From an uncultured Gammaproteobacteria bacterium (lineage in GTDB: Bacteria; Patescibacteriota; Patescibacteriia; UBA2196), in assembly GCA_964435065.1 (NCBI GenBank), contig CAYSXS010000003.1:767-64766 (forward strand): DNA of 64,000 nt. Direction: 5' to 3'. The position numbers and the translations under genes are program-made. Shown here one piece after another: positions 48,389 to 57,989 of the stretch; the stretch's first letter is position 1, and every line of letters begins with the position of its first letter. The notes beneath the pieces are model-generated. The model saw only the letters and a program-made list of their open reading frames with translations. It had not been told where the DNA came from and ran no database searches.

Positions 48389-49336
48389 ATGAGAGATTTT
48401 TTTGATCTAAAAGGTGGTCTAATTATTGCCTTAGCTCTACTGCTCCTTGCTGTATGGTTAAGTATACCGTCACAACCAAATGATGTAGATGTAAATTGTT
48501 TTATGACTTTGGATGATGTTCGTGAAAACTTTAAAGCTGACATGAATAATTCCGATGTCAAAAAAACTGTTGATTCTTTGCTCACAGTTGAATTTGTGAC
48601 TAAAGAGAATTTGCTGGAAATTTGGGAAGGTCTCGCAACAGAGAGAAAGCATCTCGAAGATGTTGAAACTCTGAAACAAAACTTAACAAATTGTGATGAA
48701 TTGTCACCGGATCCGATGGTTTTTGAAGAAACTCCTACAACGACTGAAAGGATTTATAACCAGGTGTTCAGTGCTGAAACAATGACACCTGAAAGAGATT
48801 TTGATAATTTTAAAAGCTCTTTTGAATCAATCCGCCACAACCAGAGAGTTAAATTTGTTAAAGCTGTTGAAGAAGCCATTTTTGGTAGGTCAGGTGCTGA
48901 TTGGGTAAAATATGCTAAAGCCGTGTATAACATCTCACAAGATCAATACAAGGCAAGTATGTGGACGGCCTATTTTAATGTTATGTCGCCATATCTTGCA
49001 TATAACGATATCCATTCAAGCTGGGCGGAAAGCGAAGATGGAAAATCTAAACATAAAGTTGAAATTTTCAAAAACACATCTTTGGATTCTATGATGACTG
49101 CTAACGAAGGCAATTCCGATGAATTTAGTGTACGAGTACTTCGCCACGAAAAGCTTTTTCGTTTAATCGCGGAATACGCTAAAATTTTCTCCAATGATGA
49201 CATGGTGGTTGATTGGCAAGAAAGAATGAATTCTTATGTTATTGAAGACTTGCCACCAATTGGAGCTGTTGAAGCTGCTGCCGGTAAAAAAATTCCAACA
49301 AAAAAAGCTACTAAAAAAAGTGGCTTTAGTTATTAA
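48389..49336 (+). CDS. Hypothetical protein with N-terminal TM/signal
   Basis: GGAGGT SD before ATG 48389 (MRDFFDLKGGLIIALALLLLAVWL). Confidence 0.8.
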   Translation: MRDFFDLKGGLIIALALLLLAVWLSIPSQPNDVDVNCFMTLDDVRENFKADMNNSDVKKTVDSLLTVEFVTKENLLEIWEGLATERKHLEDVETLKQNLTNCDELSPDPMVFEETPTTTERIYNQVFSAETMTPERDFDNFKSSFESIRHNQRVKFVKAVEEAIFGRSGADWVKYAKAVYNISQDQYKASMWTAYFNVMSPYLAYNDIHSSWAESEDGKSKHKVEIFKNTSLDSMMTANEGNSDEFSVRVLRHEKLFRLIAEYAKIFSNDDMVVDWQERMNSYVIEDLPPIGAVEAAAGKKIPTKKATKKSGFSY

Positions 49337-49391
49337 AAAATGATGTTTAACAAAAAATAATCTATCACAAAACTATTCTGGAGGCAAGATC

Positions 49392-50003
49392 ATGAGAAGA
49401 ACATTAACAATTACATTCACGTTAATCCTTGTTATTTTATCGTCAGTTTCACTGGTTTCTGCACAAGATTTTAATGCCTGGAAAACATCCCAAGATTCAA
49501 CCGCCCCCCTAAGTCTGATTGCAATGGCTAAAAAAGCATTTGCAGCCGGTGACTTAACGTGGGCAGCCCGGTATTATAATTTACATCGTTTCATGAGTAC
49601 AAATTATATGAATATGCCAAAATGGAACACAAAAGGTGAAGCTGTAAATGTTGGTGCCAAATTGTCTGACCAATTAACAAAGGTCCAACAAAACGAAACC
49701 GCTATTGATGCATTAATTAATAAGCTGGAAGTTCTGGGTAAATCCACAGAAGTTGACTGGAGACCTACCCCCGGATCAATGAGTTATATCGAACTCATGG
49801 AAAAAACTACCCCAGCGAATGAACTACGCGCTAAACGTGTTGCGAATGGTTCTGACTTAATTTTAACTGTTTACGATTTTGACAACATTGTTGGTGAAGC
49901 AAAGGTGTACGCTGATACATCAAACGCGACATGCATGTCTGCAACAAACGAAACAATTGCCCAAATGAAAACATGGGCAGAGGAAAATTTTAAAAAGAAA
50001 TAA
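49392..50003 (+). CDS. Hypothetical secreted protein
   Basis: GGAGG SD; signal peptide ending VSA-Q. Confidence 0.8.
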   Translation: MRRTLTITFTLILVILSSVSLVSAQDFNAWKTSQDSTAPLSLIAMAKKAFAAGDLTWAARYYNLHRFMSTNYMNMPKWNTKGEAVNVGAKLSDQLTKVQQNETAIDALINKLEVLGKSTEVDWRPTPGSMSYIELMEKTTPANELRAKRVANGSDLILTVYDFDNIVGEAKVYADTSNATCMSATNETIAQMKTWAEENFKKK

Positions 50004-50043
50004 GCAATTTTTAAAAAATTTCTCGAATTTACAAATTTTCAAA

Positions 50044-50083
50044 CAACCCCTATCACATTCAGTGAAGGGGTTGCTTTATTTTT
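50044..50083 (+). terminator. Intrinsic terminator
   Basis: CAACCCCT..TCAC/GTGA..AGGGGTTG plus T tract. Confidence 0.75.
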
Positions 50084-50100
50084 GAGAAAAATAATGAAAA

Positions 50101-53100
50101 TTAAATTTTAGAGAATTTTTTTATAAATCCCTGCAAATCTTTATATATCTTATAATCTCTACCTTTATCTTTTAGCCCTTCTTCTAGAGTATTTGCTAAT
50201 TCATTCTGTTTCAAAAAACGTAACTTTTCAAAAAGCTTAGGTGCATCATTTTCAATTTGTTTATAAATCAACTTATCTTTTATCTCTCCATTTTCAATAT
50301 TCAATACAGCAAATGGTTTATCTGCCTCATCTTTCATTTCAAACATATTGTTTTCACCCTTAATTGGATCTAACTTAACATTTAATTCATGCTCCCCTAT
50401 TTTTGCATGAGCCAATAAACTATCACCTTGCTGTTCTTTTATAGTTATAACAGTATCTGTATCTAGCTTTAAAACCGAACCAACCTCTAAGTTAGCGGCC
50501 CTAACATGTTGTTCTATGTTATTAGCATCAACAACCTCACCTAAAAAAGAAGAATTACCCTTAACTTTTTCTTCGGCAAGTAAATTCATTAAACTATAAT
50601 ATAATGAGTCTCCCCTTTTGATACGAGCATCTACAGGGTTAATCCCATAATCAGGTGCATTCATGGTATCATATGCTCGTTCAAAGGATTGTTTCTGTAT
50701 TTCACCTAGAGGACTTTTTGTAATTTTTTCTATCTCTTGTATAAATTGATTTTTGTTTAACCCTTCAAACACCTTAGCCAATTTTTCTGATTCACTGCTC
50801 GCCAATTTAACAATTTCTGGACCGATTCTGCCCTCAACTCTAATAGTTTTAAGTTCTTCTCCATCAGAAGTTGTTCTTATCCTTTCAGTACGTTTAATAT
50901 CGTCTTCTGTAACTATTTTCTCTGTTGCTCCAGGACGATGTTTAGGAGCCTCTGGAATATCCTCTGGTTGAAATTCTTCTATTTCCTCTGCTGTCATATC
51001 TTCCGGGATGTCCTCTGCTTCAGATTCAATTGATATTACGGGCTTTTCTGGCTTAGGAATTCTATCCATGTCTTCGTTTGATGTAAACTTATTAGAATCT
51101 ACAGCGGTTTCTTCTTCTAAAGCTTTTTCAGCCATTGAGAATATAGCTTTATTTCTAACCTCTAATAATTTATTTATCTTATCTGGTGTAAGTTTAATCC
51201 CCCTACCTGGTTCTGTTATGTAATAAAAATCATTACCATCCTTGCTACGAAATATTTCAAAATTATTTAATTTAACTGTTTCACCGTTAGAAATAAATCC
51301 TTTTAAAGAGCTAATTTTATCTTCAAAAGAGACAACTGGATCAATAAAATCATCAAAAGCCTTCGTGCCTTTATCTAATTGATCAAAATTTTCATTAAGT
51401 TTTGTCTGACTTTCATAAGTTCCGCTTTTATTTTTGATGGTGTTTATTTTTGTTTTGCTTGAGTTTTTTCCATATTCTTCTTCCCAACCATCTTTATTAG
51501 ACGTAATGTTTACAGGCTTTGCTTCACTGTGGCCACTAATTACTGATTGGCCTAGTGTTCCTTTTCCAGCAGACATCCTATCCCACACACCTTTATAGTC
51601 ATCAGGGTTTTGGCCTGTTTCTTTTGCAAACTTTAATAAATCTTCTTCGTTTTTTATTTCTCCATTATGTATTTTTTCTGTAACATCATCAATAAAATTT
51701 CTTTCAGGGACTCCTATATCTCCTCCAGAAATGGCTTCTAAATTACTAGAAGTCTTTTTTTGATCCAAAAGATCTTCTAATGTATTTTCTTGAACAAGTT
51801 TAGGTTTTTGCCCATCTCCAAAATCTATTAAATAATCCGTGGATTTATGTAAATGATGTTGTGGCTTAACATTAAAATACTTTTCAATAGAACCACCTTT
51901 ACCATCTGATATTATCTCCATTCTTGGTTGCCATACTTCATCAGTTGGTATTCCTCTCAAATGGGATTTTGCAAGAAAATCATGAAAAGAATTATTTAAA
52001 TAATCTCCTGATCCATTACTAATACTTTTACGAAGAATATCATCTGACTGTACAATATAACTAGCAAACAATCTAGCCTGTTGAGGACTATTTTCGCCCC
52101 AGCCCTTCGTTGATTCTTTACCAAATTGCTCAAAAGTACGTCTAATAATTCCAAAATCACTTTTGGTTGGTTTTTCAAGTTCTAAGAAATTAACTATTCG
52201 TTCTGTTGGAGAACCTTGTGATATAAGCTTTTCTTTTGTGTCTTCAGCTATGGAGGCTATTACTTTATTATGCGATTTAGATAAATCCTCTAACATCTCT
52301 ATATTATCAACTTGTCCAACCTTTTCCATTCCTATGTTACTTTCCAAATATTTATTAAATGATTTTATAACTCGTCTCTGGTCTGCTTCAGTTTCAGCAG
52401 CTTCATATTGATCTTCAAACTGTATAACACCCCAATCTTTATCTATATATGTAGCCTCATGATCAAACATATCAAGACCTCTCATTTTCATTTCAGGCTC
52501 CTTTATCTCATATTCTACTGGTTTCTTCTCAACTTCAATTGGATCCATTTCATGATCATCCATTCCTTTGGTGCCCATTATTTTCTTTTCTGTTGGGTCA
52601 ACTTCATGAATAGAAAAGCCTTCTTTTGCGTTTCCTTTTAACACATAGGCTACTTCATCTGGTTTTTTAACCCAGGTATCTCCATAATTTTTCATACCTT
52701 CTTTATTAGCAAATTTAGATGCCCAACTCTCTAAATCTCCATCAGTCTTAGCATTATAACCAAACTGATCTGGGTGTTTAGACAGTTGTTGATATAAAGC
52801 ATAAATTACACCCTTACCTTCAGGAACTGTTGCTTCTTCAAATTGTCCTGTATATGTTTCTCCGATTGAATCCCCTACTTCTAGATCCTCTAACGCTTTT
52901 TCTTCAACCTGTCGTTCAACAACTGGGACTACTGGTTTACTTTCTTTCACACCTGCTATTTTATCAACTTTATCTTCAATATCTGTTACTGAAATATTTT
53001 TAAAACTGTCTTCCACGTTTAGTACCTTACTACTATCTTGTATACTATTAAAAAAAGTTTCTTTAAGTTTAATATCAGCCAATTTATCATATTTATCTAT

Positions 53101-55368
53101 TATTGCGATTTTAATTTCAGGAGAAATATTAGCTTTTTGGATAGCCTCATTAAGTTGTACTCTGGCTTTTACAGAATCCGCTTGAGTCCAAGAAACAAGT
53201 TCAATTGGACTTTTATTATTTACATCTTCAATAGAATTCATTCGTGTAGATGGATCAATGGGCCTGTCAAGTTTTATTACTTCTTGATCTATTTCAAGTC
53301 CTTCACCTGATTTAGAGGGGTCCATTATAACAGCTTTATTGTCACTCAAAAATACCTCTAACATTTCTTTGTTCTTACCCATTACCTTTTCCCATCCTTC
53401 TGACATTCCTTCTTTAAAACCACCAAACCCTCTTAATAGGTCCCCAAAATTAGCTTCTCCTTTTATAATGCCTGACTTAAATACATCTTTTAAACCAGCA
53501 AAGCCTTCTTTAAAACCACCCAAAAAGCCTTTTACAATAACCCGCGGTAATCCAATTGCAACAAACCCAGACATAGCAACCCCAGCCATCTTTCTTGCTC
53601 TTTCTTGATTCTTTTGTGAACTTATATGGTCTTCTATTTGATTTTCAGCTTGTGTTCTTTGCTCTCCTGCCCAATCTATAATTGAGGCAAAATTTGTTTC
53701 TACTTCTTCTGCTTGTGCTTCTAACTCTTCATATTTTGTCTTTAGTCTACTTCTAAATTCAGCCTGAACTATTTTATAACTTTCATAACCAGACGTGTCC
53801 TCTATTTTCTTTTCTTGTCCTCTGGCCTGGCCTTCATAATATTCTAATTTTTTAATTAAATCTTTATTTTCAAGTTCCTCGCATTGTTGTTCTAATTGGT
53901 TTATTTTAAGTTCTTTAAACTTAGCTTTTTCTTCTTCTAAATCTTTACCAGCGATATTAAGCAGTTCTTCATTACCACCATCCTTCTTAATATTATCAAG
54001 GTTTTTTCCTTTTTCTTTTAAGATTTCCACCAAACGTATTTCTTCCTTAATTTCATCCATTTTTTCTGTATCACCCGTTCTTTCGGCCTTACTTAATTTC
54101 CATCTCAATTTGGCCATACTAACCATACCTGTATCAAAATCTCCTACGCCAGACATCATCTTTTTTGAACCCATAGCAGTGGCAAGGCCATCTAAACCAT
54201 CATATGTTCCATAACCAGCTCCAACCCCTAATACAGCTTTACGAGTTGCTAATAGACCTAAAGAAATAGGGGCACCAAAACCTGTAAAAGCTGTCATTGC
54301 AGCACCACCAGCTAAAAGAATACTAATTCCAGTCCTATATTTTGTCATACCAAAACCAACACTCGCAGCCATCTTCTTAAGCCAACTACTCTCGTTTTCT
54401 CCTGATTTTATACGTTCCAATTTTTCTCTCCATTTTCTGCCTTTTAGAAACAAATCAAGTAAAGAACCTTTGTTGGACCAATCAACAAATCTTCTAAAAA
54501 CATTTTTATTCTGTTCACCTTGTTCGCCCTGAAACTCAGCTAATTTTTTAGTAATAATTCTGTCTTCATAAGCTAAAGTTTTTTCTAAAAAATTAGCTCT
54601 TTTTTCAACACCCCCTTTAAAAGACTCTTTTTCTAATGTTGTTCTAATAAACTCCTGATAAGCTACATCATATTCTTCTTTAGCTTCTACAATACCCTCC
54701 TTATCCTTCACCCCTCGAGCATCTATGAGTTTCTGTCTGGCATCTCTTAAGATCCTTGCAGCTAAGGCCTGATCTGATCTTTCATTCTCACCCAAAACTT
54801 CATTAATATCTTTTCCATCTTTTGCCTCAAAAAAAACTTTTTGTTTTTTAGCTCTATTAATTAAATATCTTTCAGCATCCTCTTTTGAAAAATATTGCCG
54901 AATATTGACCAAATCAATTACTAATTCTTTTAAATCACGATCTACTTCCTTTAAAACTTTTTTATCTTCCTTTGTCTTTTCGGTTTTTTTATCTAATTCA
55001 TCCTTCTGTTTATATTTCTCAACAAACTCTTCTACAACCAAAGATATTTTTCCTAATTCTAAATCAGCTTCAGGCGCATCTCCACCAAAACTCATTGTTT
55101 CGTGTATTAATACTTCCCTACCTTTATCAGGCATATCAGGCCCCACAGAACCTTGTTCTTCCAAAATTTTAGATATTTTCCTTGCTTCTCCAAGCTTAAC
55201 GTCAAAATTATCCATTATCCATCTATTGTTAATAATGGCGGTTGGATTTTTTCTTAAGTATCCTTCTACTTCCAGTGCAAACTGTTCTTCCAATGTTTTC
55301 TCTGCCTCATTCAATTCATTCTCAAAGTCATTGGGAGCATTAAAAGCTTTTTTAAATAAACTCTCCAT
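50101..55368 (-). CDS. Very large hypothetical protein (~1750 aa): coiled coils, Gly-rich hydrophobic segments, acidic C-terminal region
   Basis: Long ORF; start placed at MESLFKK after the upstream stop. Confidence 0.8.
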   Translation of the reverse strand: MESLFKKAFNAPNDFENELNEAEKTLEEQFALEVEGYLRKNPTAIINNRWIMDNFDVKLGEARKISKILEEQGSVGPDMPDKGREVLIHETMSFGGDAPEADLELGKISLVVEEFVEKYKQKDELDKKTEKTKEDKKVLKEVDRDLKELVIDLVNIRQYFSKEDAERYLINRAKKQKVFFEAKDGKDINEVLGENERSDQALAARILRDARQKLIDARGVKDKEGIVEAKEEYDVAYQEFIRTTLEKESFKGGVEKRANFLEKTLAYEDRIITKKLAEFQGEQGEQNKNVFRRFVDWSNKGSLLDLFLKGRKWREKLERIKSGENESSWLKKMAASVGFGMTKYRTGISILLAGGAAMTAFTGFGAPISLGLLATRKAVLGVGAGYGTYDGLDGLATAMGSKKMMSGVGDFDTGMVSMAKLRWKLSKAERTGDTEKMDEIKEEIRLVEILKEKGKNLDNIKKDGGNEELLNIAGKDLEEEKAKFKELKINQLEQQCEELENKDLIKKLEYYEGQARGQEKKIEDTSGYESYKIVQAEFRSRLKTKYEELEAQAEEVETNFASIIDWAGEQRTQAENQIEDHISSQKNQERARKMAGVAMSGFVAIGLPRVIVKGFLGGFKEGFAGLKDVFKSGIIKGEANFGDLLRGFGGFKEGMSEGWEKVMGKNKEMLEVFLSDNKAVIMDPSKSGEGLEIDQEVIKLDRPIDPSTRMNSIEDVNNKSPIELVSWTQADSVKARVQLNEAIQKANISPEIKIAIIDKYDKLADIKLKETFFNSIQDSSKVLNVEDSFKNISVTDIEDKVDKIAGVKESKPVVPVVERQVEEKALEDLEVGDSIGETYTGQFEEATVPEGKGVIYALYQQLSKHPDQFGYNAKTDGDLESWASKFANKEGMKNYGDTWVKKPDEVAYVLKGNAKEGFSIHEVDPTEKKIMGTKGMDDHEMDPIEVEKKPVEYEIKEPEMKMRGLDMFDHEATYIDKDWGVIQFEDQYEAAETEADQRRVIKSFNKYLESNIGMEKVGQVDNIEMLEDLSKSHNKVIASIAEDTKEKLISQGSPTERIVNFLELEKPTKSDFGIIRRTFEQFGKESTKGWGENSPQQARLFASYIVQSDDILRKSISNGSGDYLNNSFHDFLAKSHLRGIPTDEVWQPRMEIISDGKGGSIEKYFNVKPQHHLHKSTDYLIDFGDGQKPKLVQENTLEDLLDQKKTSSNLEAISGGDIGVPERNFIDDVTEKIHNGEIKNEEDLLKFAKETGQNPDDYKGVWDRMSAGKGTLGQSVISGHSEAKPVNITSNKDGWEEEYGKNSSKTKINTIKNKSGTYESQTKLNENFDQLDKGTKAFDDFIDPVVSFEDKISSLKGFISNGETVKLNNFEIFRSKDGNDFYYITEPGRGIKLTPDKINKLLEVRNKAIFSMAEKALEEETAVDSNKFTSNEDMDRIPKPEKPVISIESEAEDIPEDMTAEEIEEFQPEDIPEAPKHRPGATEKIVTEDDIKRTERIRTTSDGEELKTIRVEGRIGPEIVKLASSESEKLAKVFEGLNKNQFIQEIEKITKSPLGEIQKQSFERAYDTMNAPDYGINPVDARIKRGDSLYYSLMNLLAEEKVKGNSSFLGEVVDANNIEQHVRAANLEVGSVLKLDTDTVITIKEQQGDSLLAHAKIGEHELNVKLDPIKGENNMFEMKDEADKPFAVLNIENGEIKDKLIYKQIENDAPKLFEKLRFLKQNELANTLEEGLKDKGRDYKIYKDLQGFIKKFSKI

Positions 55369-55372
55369 ATAT

Positions 55373-55681
55373 TTATCCTTTATTTTGTTTAAATTTGGCA
55401 ATAAGATCTTCTTTTAACTTTACCACCTCTTCTTGAACTATTTCCAAAAAATTAGGAAAAACCTTTCCTAAGAAATCAGAAACTTTTTCTGGATCATTTT
55501 CCAGAATGTCTTCAAACTCATCTTTGTGAGAATCTTCCATTTGATCTATAAGGCGAAGAGTCAATCTTTTTTGTACAACTTCACTCATATTTTCAATTAA
55601 GGCCATTTTTTTATCATCATCTAGAGCTTGTAAATTTAGCTCATCAATGATGTTTTGTTGTAGAACTTGTTTGTTGATCAT
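55373..55681 (-). CDS. DUF5663-like small helical protein
   Basis: NIIDELNLQAL...FLGKVFPNFLEIVQEEV pattern. Confidence 0.7.
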   Translation of the reverse strand: MINKQVLQQNIIDELNLQALDDDKKMALIENMSEVVQKRLTLRLIDQMEDSHKDEFEDILENDPEKVSDFLGKVFPNFLEIVQEEVVKLKEDLIAKFKQNKG

Positions 55682-55760
55682 ATGCTTATATATATTTATT
55701 ATTAATTTATATCTAAATTATATCATAAATTAAAAAATTCCTGAAAAAACAGGAATTCTT

Positions 55761-56519
55761 TTATTCTTTAGTTAAAATCTCGCCTCCTTTATCAGTAATT
55801 AGAATCGTATGCTCAAAGTGTGCTGCTAAAGATTTGTCTACTGTAGCATATGCTTGATTATCTTTTCTAAACTCTAACTGCCACCCTCCTTCTGTAACCA
55901 TTGGCTCTATGGCCAAAGTCATGCCAGACTTTAAAATTGGACCCGTACCAGCTAATCCATAATTAGGAACTTGTGGGTCTTCGTGTAGTTTCTTTCCTAC
56001 CCCATGTCCAACTAAATCTCTAACTACATTAAAACCATTCTTCTCAACATACTTCTGAACTTCAGAAGACATATCTCCTAGATGAATACCTGGTTTAATT
56101 TTACTAATAGCTAGTTCTAAAGATTTTTTAGTTACACTAACTAACTTTTCAACTTTCTTAGAAACTTTTCCTACCTTAACAGTTGTAGCCATATCAACAA
56201 CCATTCCTCCTTTACTGGGCAATCTCATACCTACATCTATACTAAAAATATCTCCGTCCTTTAATTTACGATCAGGGATAGCTGCTGCATGCACAACCTC
56301 TTCATTTATACATGTACACAACGTTGTTGTAAAACCTTGATAACCTTTAAAAATTGGAAAACCTCCAATTTTACGTATCTCTTTTTCGGCTAATTGATCT
56401 AATTCTTTAGTACCAACTCCAACTTTAACTTTTTTAACAACCAAATTCAAAATCCTAGCTAAATTCTTTCCAGCTTTTCTCATTAATTGTATTTCTTTTT
56501 CAGTCTTAATTGGAATCAT
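55761..56519 (-). CDS. map: Methionine aminopeptidase type I
   Basis: CINEEVVH, GHGVGKKLHEDP, LAIEPM, AHFEHT. Confidence 0.97.
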   Translation of the reverse strand: MIPIKTEKEIQLMRKAGKNLARILNLVVKKVKVGVGTKELDQLAEKEIRKIGGFPIFKGYQGFTTTLCTCINEEVVHAAAIPDRKLKDGDIFSIDVGMRLPSKGGMVVDMATTVKVGKVSKKVEKLVSVTKKSLELAISKIKPGIHLGDMSSEVQKYVEKNGFNVVRDLVGHGVGKKLHEDPQVPNYGLAGTGPILKSGMTLAIEPMVTEGGWQLEFRKDNQAYATVDKSLAAHFEHTILITDKGGEILTKE

Positions 56520-57167
56520 TTATATACCTAATTTACTAAATATTTCTTTTCTAACATCTTCAATGCTTTGTTCTCCATTGATTTTAATTAAAATTCCTTG
56601 AGAGTTATAGTAATCGGATAAAGGTTCTGTTTCTGTATAATATGCTTTTAAGCGCTCCTTTAAAACCTCTGGTTTATCATCTGAACGAATAATTAATTCT
56701 TTATTACACTTATCACATACTCCCTCTTCTTTCGGTGGTTTAAATTTAATATGGTAAGCAATATTACAATTTTGACAATACCTTCTACCACCTAAACGAT
56801 CCATAACTTCTTGATCTGAAACTTCTAATTCTAATACATGAGTTAATTTAGTAATATTATCTAAAAACTCTGCTTGTGTTTTTCTGCGTGGAAAACTTTC
56901 TGATATAAAACGAGAATTAAATTCAGGATCATTTAATTTTTCTTTGATTAGTTCGAACACAATATCATCATCAACAATAACACCAGAATCCATTTGTCCT
57001 TTTGTGCGTTCCCCTCTTGGTGTGGTTTTTTTCATTTCTTCGCGCAACAGCTGTCCTGTTGAAAGAGTTGGTAAGTTTAACTCATCAACCAAAAAATCTA
57101 CCTGTGTCCCTTTTCCTGAAGCAGGAGGACCAAATACTAACATCTTGTATTGTTTTTCTTCTGACAT
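56520..57167 (-). CDS. adk: Adenylate kinase
   Basis: GPPASGKGTQ, STGQLLR, Cys4 LID, RSDDKPE. Confidence 0.93.
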   Translation of the reverse strand: MSEEKQYKMLVFGPPASGKGTQVDFLVDELNLPTLSTGQLLREEMKKTTPRGERTKGQMDSGVIVDDDIVFELIKEKLNDPEFNSRFISESFPRRKTQAEFLDNITKLTHVLELEVSDQEVMDRLGGRRYCQNCNIAYHIKFKPPKEEGVCDKCNKELIIRSDDKPEVLKERLKAYYTETEPLSDYYNSQGILIKINGEQSIEDVRKEIFSKLGI

Positions 57168-57278
57168 AAATATATGTTTAATTACTGCCTTCAGTTTAAC
57201 ATAAAGAAAAATATTTTTCTAATTCAAAAAACAACCCAAACTAATAGATTGCCTATACTAAAAACTATACAAAATACA

Positions 57279-57614
57279 TCAAACCCTGATATCTTTAATC
57301 TGCTTTTTCAACTCCGGAATATCGTCCTGAATTGTATACCATAGAACATCCCAATCAATACCAAAATATTCATGGATTACCTTATTTCTCATTCCAATAA
57401 CTTCCCTCCAAGGAATACCTTTATATTTATCTTTGAAACTTTTCGATAATTGACTAGCAGCTTCACCTATTATCTCTAAATTTCTAACCACTGCATCGAT
57501 TGTTTTTTCATCACTTTCAAAAACTTTTTTAGAAATCTCTTTTGTATATTTCTCTATCTTATTAATCGATCCTTTGATATCGTCGATATATAATTTGGGG
57601 GTTCTTTTAGACAT
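57279..57614 (-). CDS. HEPN/DUF86 toxin
   Basis: DAVVRNLEIIGEA, IPWREVIGMRNKVIHEYF. Confidence 0.92.
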   Translation of the reverse strand: MSKRTPKLYIDDIKGSINKIEKYTKEISKKVFESDEKTIDAVVRNLEIIGEAASQLSKSFKDKYKGIPWREVIGMRNKVIHEYFGIDWDVLWYTIQDDIPELKKQIKDIRV

Positions 57615-57909
57615 AAATAACATCTTTTAAAACCTGCTGTTTCATAACAGGCTTTAAAGCTTTTTTAGTGACCAAATCAACTTTGCGTCTCAATTTTTTA
57701 CTCAATTTATCCTCCAGTCGAATAAATTTAAAAAAACCGATTGATTTACTTTTATCAAATTCAACCAAAATGTCAATATCACTTTTTTTTGTTTGTTTAC
57801 CTTTAGCAAATGAACCAAAAATACCGATTTTTTTTACACCAAAGTCCGCCAATACGCCACCTTGGTTTTTCTTTAAAATCTCTAATTTGTCTTTTAATTC
57901 TTTACTCAT
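57607..57909 (-). CDS. Minimal nucleotidyltransferase antitoxin
   Basis: IFGSFAKGKQTKKSDIDILVEF, KVDLVT. Confidence 0.92.
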   Translation of the reverse strand: MSKELKDKLEILKKNQGGVLADFGVKKIGIFGSFAKGKQTKKSDIDILVEFDKSKSIGFFKFIRLEDKLSKKLRRKVDLVTKKALKPVMKQQVLKDVIYV

Positions 57910-57945
57910 ATACATCTAGTATATCACAAAAAGACCAAAAACACA

Positions 57946-57968
57946 AAACGCTCCTAAAAGGAGCGTTT
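57946..57968 (-). terminator. Terminator after secY
   Basis: AAACGCTCCT-aaa-AGGAGCGTTT. Confidence 0.75.
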
Positions 57969-57989
57969 ATTCTCTAAAATATATATCTA

